This document shows, one piece after another, positions 1-13,254 of a stretch of DNA of 64,000 bases. A program made the translations under genes and the position numbers. The notes beneath the pieces are model-generated. The model ran no database searches. It was not told the origin of the DNA and worked only from the letters and a program-made list of their open reading frames with translations. Position 1 is the stretch's first letter, and each line of letters begins with the position of its first letter. Source of the stretch: Balanoglossus misakiensis (Eukaryota > Animalia > Hemichordata); the NCBI GenBank assembly GCA_040954595.2, contig CM082589.2, forward strand, positions 1,851,910 through 1,915,909, in the 5' to 3' direction.

Positions 1-2373
1 ATGCAAATCTTGCATACTCTCATGTTGTGCTACACAAAAATTCTCAAAATAGTCCAATTGTTCCCTTTGAGGTGCTATTGTGTTTTTAAAACTATAAACA
101 CTTATATCACATTACACAAGAGTTCAGTGGAATCATTTACAGGTCATGAAGTATACACTGTGGTCTACTCTTAGAGTATGATTAAAATCATTGTCTAAAT
201 CAGGTAGAATTCTGGTGTTTATATTTATTCAGGCACTGCAGTGAAAGAATGCTTTAGCAAATAAAATTGTAACACTGCTGTGTTAACTATGGATTGTAGG
301 ATCTGTCTATTTGTCATTCAAACAGAAGCTACATAACTGTATCAGCATGTGACAGACCTAATCACCTTATGGCTTCATACTGGTTTGTGTATATTTGGTT
401 GAATACTTGTTGTAAAAAATATTTCATAAGTACCAGGAATTATAAACACCACAGTTGAGCAGAAGCAGAACATTAATTAATGTTGCTTTGGAATTGTATG
501 ACAAGAAATTTCCTCATTAAAATTCTAAAATTTCATTCTCTACAGAATTCAGAAATTTGATAATTGATATCTGAAACTTGAATTTTCTTCTCTTTTCATA
601 TGCCACTGTTGAGTAATACAAAAAAGGATTAGATGTCAATTCAAAATGTTGATTGAATTTCTTTCCTGATCATTTATAAACGGCTGGTTTGTGAAATTCT
701 TCCCCACTGCCTTCAGAGTGGTTGGATACCAATTGTTCCGTGTGACTGTATTTTCTCACATTCATAAACATTGTATTCATGCTGTTACACTTTGCATGTC
801 ATTGTCAATCCACTGTCCCTGGTGGCAAACACTCCATCCTTTGTTCAGAGCTCAGTCAGTGTTCCCATTCGTGACCCTCCCTGAGGGCAACATGGACAAC
901 TGGGGAGGGAGAGTATTGTTCAATAAATTTGTTTCCCCCAAGGGTGAAATAAAATGGAGTCTATAATGTTACCTACGAACGAGAAATAGATAATTACATG
1001 TATGAGGATACACGAATTATGAGACAGAAATTTGTCAATATCTGTCACCAATAGTATATAGCTAGTACACCCCAATGTACATCATATTGGCTGATTAAAC
1101 TGATAGCGTTTATTATTTTGATTGTGTGGCAGTTGCCCTTTGACAGTGCAATCAGTTGCTTGTCTTGGTGAGAATTCTGCAGTGTGGGAGAACTATTTGT
1201 TATGTCAGATTTTATATTTGATTGTCTTAATTTGAGTAAAAATAGGTGTAGTTGGGAATATGTACAGTAACTGATCAGCACAAGGGGTTGCTGATAGTGG
1301 TCGATATTTAGTGGTTTGTTTGGTAGATTCTTGTGTTACCATGTAAAGTGCTGGAGTAATAGTTAAACAAGATAAATGCCATGTAGTGAGCACACATACA
1401 CTGGCAGAGCACTCAATTGCTTTATTTTAAAGCACGGTAACGTCGGTTAGTGTTTTAAAGCCAGTCCTTTGAGCTATATATTCACATACATGTGCCCTGC
1501 CAACAGCATGAAAAAAAAGAGTTAAGAAATGGTTGTCTGACACAGGATATTTGCTAGGATTTCCTAGGATTATTTTAAGTCCAGATCTTGGGGAGGATAA
1601 ATTGTTAAATCTTATTTGCCCGGCAACAGATGTCCCGGGCTCCCTTATAATTATCAAGCCACAGACACCTTTCATTATATGTTCATAAAGAACTTTTTTT
1701 TGCTGCAGGATTAAATCAAGACGTGTTGGCTGATGTAAGCTATGGGTTGCTTTTGCCCCTAGCTTGTAGAGCACACTTGTCTTACAATCTGTAATGCAGT
1801 CTACCAACCATGAAGGTCAGAGGTATATTTTCGGATGTGTTATGATCTGAAATGAAATAGTCAGCGTTATCCTATGAGGGGAAAGTTGCTTGATCCCTGG
1901 GTGTTTCAGTATGATCCCATGCCATCCCAAGGGGAAAAAAAACTTTTAGCTAATATTCTGCACGTCTCAAAGCACCTCATTCAGTGTGTTGATAAAGTGC
2001 ATGTCCTCAAGATAGCTTGTGCTGGTAATTCATGTGATCAGGCAATTTAAACAGCTTTGAAAACAGCCACTGTAGTCTTGTTTGAAGCACCAGGAGACAT
2101 TTTAGCGTTGGTATAGTGCCTGATAAAAAAATTCCTTTCTGGACAAGCTTTATTGAATCACTCTAGGTAGAAATTTGTGAGTTAATGATTAGGGAGGGTG
2201 GGTGACTTTTGGAACAGCGGCCGCGTTAAATAAACGTGCGGTCACTTCACCAGGTACATTGCCGATCACAGTCCGTACAACTTGTTTAGTCGGTTGAGGA
2301 GCCCCCTCTTGTTCATCTCGGTTCTTTTTTGAGGGGGGAGAACAGTTCGTCTAACATCAACCGTCAGCAGAGA

Positions 2374-2420
2374 ATGTACGTAACCAGTCTGACCAGGTTA
2401 CAATCGGTACGAGACATAAG
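2374..2420 (+). CDS. Candidate alternative first coding exon A of the uncharacterised + strand gene (MYVTSLTRLQSVRDI)
   Basis: ATG at 2374, open to donor AAG|GTGAGA at 2421. The 47 nt give phase 2, matching phase-2 acceptors at 11424 and 15204. A small CpG-containing patch (about 2215-2300) precedes it in otherwise CpG-poor DNA. Confidence 0.4.
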
Positions 2421-5400
2421 GTGAGAGAGATTCATGACTTAACAATTTAAAACTTGCCAGGCATGTGGGAGATGTATGTTTCTGGGATATACCGTACATA
2501 CAGGTTTAAGGAAACAGTTGATATATTATCTCACTCTAATTTATCACTTTTATTGGTACAACGTTTGGTCTGGTCAGTTTTGGCCAATTTCTACCTGGTC
2601 CAGCAGCCTGCTATATATATGGCAACTTTGTGACCGGACTTTTGTCTTGGTGACCGATGTAAATACAGTAATTACACGGTCATGCATCACAACATCTCAT
2701 GGAACAGTTTCTTACTGAGCATCTTCACTCAGCTATCAAACGTCACACCTGCATGGTCAACATGGTGTGTGGAGAAAGAAGAAACTTAATTTTTAAATTC
2801 CAAAGTAAACCACAACATACTCCCTATAAAACATGCAATATCTGAAGAATTTATGTTACCATAATTATCATCACCTCGTCATATTAAATTGGACAAAATT
2901 AAACGAGTGCTAGAACTCAAAATTGAGAAATTCCAGCTATGGGTCAGCATTTCTACCATTTACCATGAACAAAGAATTCGTCACAGAAAATGGGCACACT
3001 GAAAATAAGGTCTTCAGGTATTGATTTGCTCATGGCTGACATCAATACGGCACCAGTGTCATGTTAATTATAACATATTGTTTTTAAGGCTGGTTGTTAC
3101 CGCCCGGAGATGTACGCTGCTGGGAAACCAAATTCTCAGTCTTGTAAAACACTTGACCTGTGACTCTCGGCTACTTTTGTTATCAAAACTCACCACACAA
3201 ATGAGTGCAAATGACGCCGCAAATGACGTCACCACCATCATCATCACAAATATGATTGATTGGTTGGGAATTCTATTTTTAGTACTCAAACATATTTGAG
3301 AGATATTTTAGATTTCTTGTCATTGTAAAATTGGCTCTCAAAGAAATATATTGAAAATTATTTGAACTGCATTTTAATTTAATTATTTACCAAATGGAAA
3401 CTGAATTGTTATAATTCATGATTCAAAGACGCTGTGGCCCTTCTTATTTTGTTTCAAATACATTTCAGTATCTTTTTTATTTGGTCATAAAGTTGAACAA
3501 GAGCGGCACTGTTCATTTGTGATTTATAGACATTCATTTGATCTCCACTGGTCTTAGCTCTTGTACATGTTCTGCACAATAAGTTGTATTAACAAAAAGG
3601 TACTGACTGGGCAGTGTACTATAGTAAACAAAATTTCTGTCACAGTGTTGGAGACTGTCTACATATAAACACACGTACAATAATAATAATAACTTTTAGT
3701 CAATAGCATTGTTGAAGTTCTTGCCCTCAAGAATCATTGGTCATCTTTGTTCAATCGCTGTGTTTCATCCCAGACTCCAATTGTCAATAATTCACTGCAA
3801 ATATCATTAAGTATTAATCTGTGGCTGATCTTTGATCTGTCTCACCCATTAGCGGATTAAGCTTCCTAATTATGTAAACTTGTATACAAAGGAAAACGGT
3901 CCTGGATACAAAGGGTAATCAATCAATCGTTAAAAAAGTTGACACAGTCAACGTTAATTCACAGTGACTTGTTTTATTTAGGTTTACATAATTATGTTTC
4001 TCTGTTCATGAACTTCATTAAAGAATATTGGGTATAATAAAAGAATAGTGGACCCGGGTTAAATTACGTGAAGTCTTCAACAACACTCCACAAATGAACA
4101 ATTCCTAAATCAAAGAGCAAATATAGTAAGCACCAGTTGGCTGTAAAAATCACACACCACTTTGTTGGCAGAAACGGCCACATGCAAGTTGGATAGTTTG
4201 ACTGTATCCTAGGTTACCTCCTCATGATTGGATGGCAGAGGGCGCTATAGCATAAAAAGTGGACCAAGCAATCGCAAGTTAGCCACTGATGGATGTATAC
4301 TACAAATTACAATACAAAAGTATCTTGAAAGCTTAAACCATGATGGCGCAATTCATAGGTGTCTTTTGTAACACTAACAGAATTGCTTTGTCATCATGAA
4401 CATTATACATAGGTTTGAATAATTAATTCTCATAATCATAGCAGATTTCATCTCCAGTTTGTATGTAATGTGAGAAACTCCTGATTAAAGTTTGTAATGC
4501 TGAAAATTTTCTTCCTGGTAATAAGAGCCAAGTGACAATAGAGAAAGTGAAGTCCAAGCACAAAGAGATAGTTGCACATAGATACAGACAAACATTCTGA
4601 AAAAGCTATGAATCAAATAATTGTTTTTCATATCAACCAAACTGAACATTAATGACAAAATAGCTGAGACACGGAGACATAACTACCATGTTGACCTTTT
4701 GTTCAAATAGCTCTTTGTATCATGATGATAACTGCTTGTTGAATTTTCCAATTAGAGAATTCTCAGGGGAAAATACCACACGCTGATGTCACATTGAATT
4801 AATGGGACTGAGTTTTCATGACAATAGCATCAGGTTACCAATTTTTCCGTTCGATAATATTTCATCATTAAGTACTCCTGCGTTGTCATGCCAACTATCG
4901 CATGCTCCTGAGTGACAGTAAAATTCCTACCAGCAAAATTCATGCTTTACCACGGCAACTCTATTAATTGCATGGTGAGTACATGTACGTGAAATTGAAC
5001 CTCCGTTTTGTTCTGTAGATGGCTTTTGCCCACCAGGTGAATGTATTTTGTAGAATAAATGTTTTTCCGGTAATGCACTTATAAATCTTGGTGAGGAATC
5101 TTTCCTACAAAAGACAACACGTTTTAGTGTAACTCAGTAACTACAACTACTGAAAAATTTACTATGTTTTAAGGACAAATCATTTATTGTGGAGTAACCA
5201 ACATCTGCTCATTAAAAAAAGATAGCTATTGTTGTCAGCTCTTGTAAAAAGTCACACCTGAGTTTTTTCTTTACCCTCTCTCTGCCATTTTCTTTTGTTG
5301 CTGCTGTGATCACACTTGTTCACAGCAAGACACACTTTGTAAGTTAATTTACAGTGGATACCAGGAGTAAATAGACAAGGTGTGGTTGCAAATTTACTGT

Positions 5401-6260
5401 GGGTGATTTCTCTGTTCATAACAACCTGTAAAAAGTAAAGTGATCGCCTTCGACACAACAAAGTCAACTAAAAGAAGTATACACCAAGTAAATCATGGTT
5501 CTTTTACTAGTAGGTTGAAATTTAACATCTTGTTTTTTACTGTCCTGTCCTTCAACTCAAGCATGTTTTCAAATAGTCATGAAATGTATATCTTGACCTG
5601 GTAGCTTTCCAGCTAGTTCTTATCAAAATATTCATTGCTTGAGAGATATCCCAAGCCTAAACATGCATAAGTAATTATTTTAAACAGTTGAAAAGGTTCT
5701 TGATGGAAAACAAATTCAGAAAGTGTCAGAAAGCGACGACTTGTGTTTCTGAAAGAATTGTTTTGTTGAGACAAGGCGAACTAAACCGAGGCAGGAATTG
5801 ATCCTGAAATGGAAAAGTATACACAAACTGTGCAGAATTAAGTTACATTGTGGTGTAGTCCAGACTAGTCTACTGGTCCAATTGCTCCTTGGTGATCAGT
5901 TCTGGGTGTTGGAGTTGTGATGATCAACTTCTGTGCGGAGAGCGTGAGCAACTATTGACGGGAGCCCAGGCAGAAATGGTTTTGTTGCCGAGGACAAAGG
6001 TAGCCAGAGAATGACATTAATAATGCATTAGTTTACCTTAGACGTCATTGCAACGGTGTAAGCTCATTAATAGCCAAGACTCTGAGGATATTACCTCCAC
6101 TCCAACTCCATATCAGTTGCCGACTGCCGACTCCTGATTTGCGTTTTTATGAAAAGACAATCTCAGGCAGTATTGAGTGCCCCCACAACACCATGTCCAC
6201 AGTTGTGAAGCAGGTCATGTAAGAAAAGTTCTTTGCCTGGGGCAACGGGCAGAGCACTGA

Positions 6261-6379
6261 ATGGATCTGGCCAACATGTCGGATGGAAAGCTGTGGTTGC
6301 CACTTATCCGCCGTAAACTATACATGGATGTCCTGGAGAAGGAATACTTTGAATGCCGGGAGAGAGCACGAAGGAAACG
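6261..6379 (+). CDS. Candidate alternative first coding exon B of the uncharacterised + strand gene (MDLANMSDGKLWLPLIRRKLYMDVLEKEYFECRERARRK)
   Basis: ATG 6261 opens a protein-like frame shorter than the ORF-track cutoff. Weak donor ACG|GTACAG at 6380 gives 119 nt, phase 2, matching the downstream acceptors. Confidence 0.4.
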
Positions 6380-9300
6380 GTACAGGATATTTCTTTATGC
6401 ATTTGGGAATATAGAGGATTTGCTGTGACTTGTGTTGTAAAGCCTGCTAGCTGTGAGAAAGGAGCTAGTACAGATTAACTGATCGTAAATGTTTTGTATC
6501 TTTGTGTGTGTTACCCAGTTGCATGTTCGTCCATTGATTTCTTACTATTGATTCTGTCCGGTAAAACTACCAGTGTTTAAGTTTACAGTGAGTGAAATTT
6601 TACACAGAACCCCTGGTGGTCTCTTAAAGTATCACATCTGTAAGATTGTACACAGGAGAATAATCACATAAACCTGAGTGTGAAATGCACTACCTCTCAG
6701 ACGTTGACCCCAAGGTTAGATTTTCAAATGGCAACAGAGTGTATACAGTGGGAGTGTCGTGTAGCTACCATTATGGACACTGTTTGCAAGTTGGACACTA
6801 TTCCGCTCTCTGAGTATTTCACAAACAACTAGGCGAGGAAATTTTTCTGTTTCTGTGTGATGCCTAATCACTTGTTACACACCAGCAATTTTCACTCTAA
6901 TTAGAATTCTCCTTACAGTTAATTAATTTGTGCTAATACATGTAACAGTGTTAATGTCTTCACAGTATGTGGCGTTGAATTTGTTAAAGTAAATTCTTTT
7001 ACAAGTAAAATGGCTGTCGACAAGAAATCATACAACCTGTAATACAAGTCCTTATGGTAAAGCTGGAAAAAATTTACTTATTATTAGCAAGTATATTTGC
7101 TTGTGTTCATATTCAAAGACTTTCCTAATGTGTAAAGTGATCAGATCTTTCTCTTTTGCCACATGAAGTTCAATTTTTTTATGAGAAATCTTTGTTTGTA
7201 ACGTGAGGAGCACAAAGTAGGGGTAAAATTCACACATTGTTGAACTAGTACTACATGATGACAAAATATAAACTCTTGAATCGTAATGAAACTTTAGTAG
7301 CTCATTGTAACCTGAATGTATTCATTGATCCTAACTATAAGTAGGCCAGTTCTTTTCACCGAGCTGATTGTCAAAATGTACGGTCCCATCACAGAATGGC
7401 AGTTTAATTTCCTCTGTGTTACGCGGCCAAAGTGATTTTCTATCAGCGCTGTCTTTTAACACAGTTGTTAAAGATTTCACGTTGGTTATATCTTACAAAC
7501 ACAGGAGTCCCGGCTCAACCCTGAAACTAATCTCATTTCGGCCTTACAGAAATTTGGTTTCCGCGAACAATAGGCTGAGACCTCACCATTCATAGAAAGG
7601 CCAGAGTCGGAACAATAGGGCCACAGAAAATCCTCTGCTCTTCTTTGTCCGTGTGACTCTGTAAACAGGTGGACAGTGTTCATAGTACAACTCTCCAAGC
7701 TGAGATACTTCAGAAGCATTTGATTGTGAGGCAAACCTATGCATATTCAGCATAGTTTGGACAATGCAAGCGTTGAACATGGCCTTCAGCATGGTCAAGA
7801 TTCAACCTCAAGATCTTGCCAAAATTCTTCAAAGAGTCTCGCTTTTCAGTTGACTTTATAATGCGTGAATGTTGGTCTTTTGCCAACTGTTTCAGTTCAA
7901 CTGAAATGTAGATTGTGTTCTGAAAAAAACTGGTATGGTATTAGACTTCATGCTCATACAATGTGTGTCATTGGCCAAATAAGACAGTAAAAATGTCATA
8001 CAAACAGTTCTTGTGTTTAATTGCTACATCAATTAGTATATCAGTATTAAACAGTTCACTCTAGGGACCTGGTAAATACTAATAAGCATTTACAAGTAGG
8101 TGTCGAGGGAAATGTGGTTTCATGGGATGGAAAAACTATCAGCCTCTTGTAGCTAGACTGTGTGTTCCATGCACACACTGTGTCTAGACACTGCAATAGT
8201 CACATAGCTACAACCAGCTAAACAGACTGTACTTCAGTGGTTTTGAATGGCTTACAAATTGTGTATGCCTCGGGATATTTCTGCTTACAACAATGGTACC
8301 TTAAGAAAAAAAGAATAACATTCTATCTCTATTATTACATTCCTAAATTTTCTTTTACCTTGTGCAGGGGTAGGATAATCTGTTATGTTTCAGAGATCTA
8401 GAGTACTGGTTGAGTATCTGAATATCTGACAGCAGGTAATTGATTTTTGTTAGTTACGTAACATGGACAGCTTGTAAAGTGTACAGGTATCCATCGGCAA
8501 ATAAACCTACAAATCTAATCGTGGAGCATAGGTGCAAGTTTGATTTCAGCTCAACAGATATTCAGAAGTATGAAATGAAAGGCAACTGTGTGTGTGCATG
8601 TGTGTTGACTTCAAGTACAGTTATATTATACAAATTACAAGTTGAATGTATTGCCAGCATTTAAATAGTGCTTTTCATGGTTTGTGGTGAAGCAAAAACT
8701 CCTTGCCAAGCTGCAAAACAATACACGCAGTAGTAATTATATCAGTACATGTGACAACTTGTAGAAGAAAGATCTCCATTATCATCCATCTCCTGATGGT
8801 ATTAGAGGTTACCATGGAGACCGGATTAATGCAACCTTGAAATTAACAATCCAGGCAGATTTCATTAAGTACATCAGCATTTAATCGCCAGTTTGATTAA
8901 TTGGTTCAAGTCTTTGTTCTGGTTGACAAGTTGAGTAACTTGTATGGGCTGGTTTGTTCAATTATCTACTCTCAAGCCAGTTGTAGGTCTTGAGTAGTCT
9001 TTCTGGGGGAAAATGAACAGAAAAAGGTAGGTCTGCGACATTGATGATTTAGTTTAGAGTGTTATGGTTTCACTGAAAATCCAATCAAGCCTTGCACACA
9101 ATATCCACTGTTACCACACACCCCATCACAGTGGCATATCATAAACTTGTCCAACATGGTAAGGGACAGAAATTAGAGGTCATATATTCTTGAAGTTACA
9201 CCTAGATTTAGAATAACATGAGTGATATTTTGTGCACTACTTATGAAGCAATTAAATTTAGAATTGATTAACATCGGTAGTTTAGGCTGGCAAACAACCA

Positions 9301-10095
9301 CCCAGTCACTACAACACTACAACCCACTTGATTGTAGCTTGGCAAGACTGGATTTGTGTTAGAACTCTTGAACACAGAAAATCAATATTCACGCCAAAAC
9401 AGAGTGATGTATAGTGGCCTGATAGACTCAACAATAAAGAAATGCCTCTAAACTTGTTGATCTAGTTCTCGAGTGGGCGTTATTTCTGCCAGTCTGTTGT
9501 TTGAGGTCAGAGATCAAAACCAAGGTTGTGTGCATTTTTCATGTGGTGAGTTGTTAGAAATAAATCTTAAACTACAGACAGTTAAAGGTCTGGTGTTTAA
9601 ATCTATGGCAGAATATATTCCATTTGTAATGTCTTTCAACCATGGCAGCAAAGCATTGTGAAGAACATCAGATTTCTGTTTATCAATATCATCTTGATGA
9701 AAACCTTATAACCTACTTTCTGATCTCATTTCAAAAACATAATGGATGGTATGACCTGCCATTTACCTTTAATTTTGAGAAAACTGGGTTGTCATAATAA
9801 ATGCCGAACACCTGAATGTTACACAAAAAAACAACCTAATAAACAACCATGGGGGAAATTACAGTTCCTGAGCGGACAGGAAACTCAGAATGAGCTTTAG
9901 TCAAAATACGCAAATTTGAGTTTATGTATCTTTTGTTCATGTTATTAATTTTATTAGCACATTAATCATCTTAGATCTATCCCCAGTTTTTTTCTTTTTG
10001 ATAAGTTATTGACAACACTTCCAAGTACATCTAGTACACAAGTATCCCTGTGAACTTCAGTGTAATAAAGTGACCATCCTCGGCCAGAGTGTGCA

Positions 10096-10112
10096 TAGCG
10101 CCATCTAGTGGT
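10096..10112 (-). promoter_or_regulatory. CTCF-like motif
   Basis: TAGCGCCATCTAGTGGT, reverse complement ACCACTAGATGGCGCTA, is close to the CTCF core CCASYAGRKGGCRS. Confidence 0.5.
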
Positions 10113-11423
10113 GAATTGTGTGGTTGTGAATAGCAGTTTGGCATGATGTTTTCAACTTCTAAATGTCAGTTTTATCAACAAGAATGTGGTCTGTAGATAG
10201 GAAAGAAATGATAGCTATGATTTTTGACAGTGTCAAGTCAGCATACCCTGTTCATATTGAGAGCTGGCACTATAAACTGATATTTCTATACATAACCTTT
10301 TCTATTTTCTACGATTTCACATCAAGATCAAAGTGCATCTTTTGATGCGAGTGTGATAAGACTGAGATTTACACCATCAGTGATGGTGAAAAAAAAATAT
10401 CTAGAAGTTGACTAGAAGTTCTGTATATTCATCAATAAATAAGGAAGAAATTTTCTCAGACATGGCCCAATATGAAAACTTACTTTTTAAATCACCACAA
10501 AAGTACTGACGTCAGTAGCGTGTATGTCACATGGCATGATGTCATTTCCTTAGCAACAAACCACCTGGCATTTCAGCCTTAGTTACGAGTGTACCCCGTT
10601 TCATCTGTGGTCGCTGAGTGGCAGCAACGTATATAGACCATATATGTACAGATCCATGTACAGCAATGCTAGCATGATAGATCTGAAGCTGGTCTTCAGT
10701 CTGATCGAGACAATGCCCATGTAGGTGTTCAACTTTTTTTCTCCTCTCTCACACGTATGCCATTATTTATCAGATTTCTTTTTTATATTTATTCTCTCCG
10801 TCTGCAGTGTTGGCCGAGGTTATGTTGTGTCACCGCCGGCAAACAACAATTGAGTAATGAGGCAACTTGGCAGGTGCATTGCTCGTTTTGCCTTTGTCGC
10901 GCAAAATCACAGACACTCCCATTTTAACCGTTCCTTTTCTTCTCAGACAATCGCATCTTTTTCGTGAAGTGTCATCCTATGAATGGAACCAAGGCTAGAT
11001 AAAGTTAGATGTCTGAAGATATATTGCACCTTTGAAATCTTAATATGCCCTTCAGATATGTCTTTGAAAATAACTCATAAAAATTGATTCACACTGCATG
11101 TTTCAACATACAGGTTTGTTGTCAAGCATATGGCTATGCTTATAATTTTTTATATCGAGTGTACAAAAATTTACTTGTACTGGCAGTGGCCTAATGTCTC
11201 CACATGTACACATTACAGCATCAAAGGTTTGAAGAAAAAAAAAAAACCTAGACATACCACAGTGTCTGAAGAGGTTCAAAGTTCTAGCGAGTATAAAAGA
11301 ACGCAAACATTCGGGGCATGTAGATTTTAGCAGGGTCACTTCTTGTATTGATTTGTGATATTACATTACAGAAAGTTCAGGTAATCAAAATAGTTGTGAT
11401 TAACCCTTAGATATTTATCTCAG

Positions 11424-11484
11424 ACACAGTAATCCGTTTACAACATCCAGACTTTACTCTGCAGGGCAGAAACTGAACAGTAAG
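11424..11484 (+). CDS. Candidate internal exon (HSNPFTTSRLYSAGQKLNSK)
   Basis: Acceptor tttatctcag| and donor AAG|GTATTT. The 61 nt are open, entering in phase 2 and leaving in phase 0, which bridges exons A/B to the 13157 exon. A competing donor GTAAGG at 11480 makes the boundary uncertain. Confidence 0.3.
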
Positions 11485-11968
11485 GTATTTAACAGAGTGT
11501 GTGTGTTGATCTTATTACATCTTAAACGCCAGTTTAGTCCACTAATTCATTTTACTGTGTGTTTTTGAGTTTACGAATGACTCACTTTGATCGGATTAAC
11601 TAGCAAAATTGTCAGCAAATAAATTTGTAATGAAAAATAAGTGAGTTGAATAATGCTCTTATGAAATCTGATTATGAAACCCTGTCTCAAATTGGTCTGG
11701 TCTAATAATTGTGTGTATTAAAAAGGTTAAATATAGGCTTAATCGTAATACCACATTAAATCTGCTAAAGAATGATTGTTTTTGTCAATACATACAGCCA
11801 ATTGGTTACTGTCACAAGATAGAAATTTATGTTGGTAATTAATCCATGCAATATTTATGCTACTGGTTTAATATTGATAAATTGCTTGGAGAAAACTCAA
11901 CATTGTGTACATTGTGATGGTCTGGGCTGCACATGTTTGTCAGTGACATTGTTAGTACATATAAGCCC

Positions 11969-12152
11969 ATAGCAACAACACTTCAACCATGCAAGCCCAT
12001 GGGCCATAGCAACACTGATATCATCATAGTAACATATAACTTTGATGGTCTTGTGAAAGCCTATAGTGGCTAATGCCCTGTCACTATGGATACATCAATG
12101 CCATTGCAGTGAGACGATAGCAACATCTCTGCTGATCGATACCCATAGTAAC
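11969..12152. promoter_or_regulatory. Cluster of five RFX X-box half-sites (ATAGYAAC)
   Basis: ATAGCAAC at 11969, 12006, 12117 and ATAGTAAC at 12026, 12145, all in the same orientation. Confidence 0.45.
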
Positions 12153-13156
12153 AACCACACAGCTGAAGCCAATGATGATAACTTTGCCGCTATAGATGAA
12201 AAATGCCCAGTATATATTCTAGCTGTCAAACACAGCCTGTCCCTGTGTAGTTACCCTTGGAGTGCATGACATGACAAACTAAATGATATTGTTACAGAAA
12301 GCCACTCAGACTGTACAATGAGTCATAGTACTTAGTTATTCCAGACAATTATCACCTCATTGAGAATTTCTACTTTAAGACTGAAAAATTAACATCTGTA
12401 TACCACCACAAATGGTTCCCCAACTTCAAGAAACAAAGGCTTGTTCAAGTTGTTGTTTTAAGAAGTCTCTGTGTACTGAAGACCTTTATTCACCAATACA
12501 GTCAAGGGAATGCCACACTTTGGTGATAGAATAGCAGAAAAAACTTCACCCAGCATGTCTTGTATAACATAAAAGGAAACAAAACAAAAACAGAACGTTC
12601 AGTTCATTAAAGTTGTTTTCACAAACTATTTGTAGAAAAACATGGACATTCCTTCAGTTCAAGGCTGTTTTCTGTGTTTGTACTTTACTCTTTAAAAATG
12701 AATGAGCCTGGGTGAAATTCATCCGGCGTAGTCAAGGCTATCTGTGCCATCCCCTTTTAAAAATGGTGTGGTCCAATCTTTCTTGGGTTTCTCCATTCAT
12801 CATGTTTTGAACCAGTAGCAGCATGGTCTAAATTGCTAATTGCTTTATCTGCCTGAAAACCCAGTAAACTGATTTATAGAAGGGTGCAAGAACCCCTCTC
12901 ATAAAGTCAATAAAAGTTCCTTTTAGATCCCTAGAGACACGAGAATAGCGTTCCCAATGAAAAGATCCTTTTCAGGATTCTGTTGTCCTCACTGCTTTAT
13001 TGGTTACAGCCATTTTGTTTGTATTATACGTCACAGCAAATGGTTTGTCCCACAATAGTTCCTAATAACATAATTGTGCCAGTGAATGATCTGTCTTGAG
13101 ATCACAGCGCGTTTACCACCAGAAATTGAGCTAAAGTGACCGCTTTTCGTGCACAG

Positions 13157-13254
13157 TCACTGTCTTCAACCAATGGCAGAAGCCCTAGCAAAATGTTTCC
13201 GGTAACGAGCCCAGTGAGGTTCTTGAAATTTTATTATACTCAACCTAAAAGAAG
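13157..13254 (+). CDS. Exon of the uncharacterised + strand gene (SLSSTNGRSPSKMFPVTSPVRFLKFYYTQPKR)
   Basis: Acceptor cttttcgtgcacag| and strong donor AAG|GTAAGG. The 98 nt are open and end in phase 2, joining 15204 in frame. An internal ATG at 13193 could also act as a start. Confidence 0.55.

Noticed and set aside
1-1250. About 10 TGACA/TGTCA cores in the first 1.2 kb
   Set aside because: Dispersed in CpG-depleted, TpG/CpA-rich DNA; treated as the background level that tempers the TGIF cluster claim.
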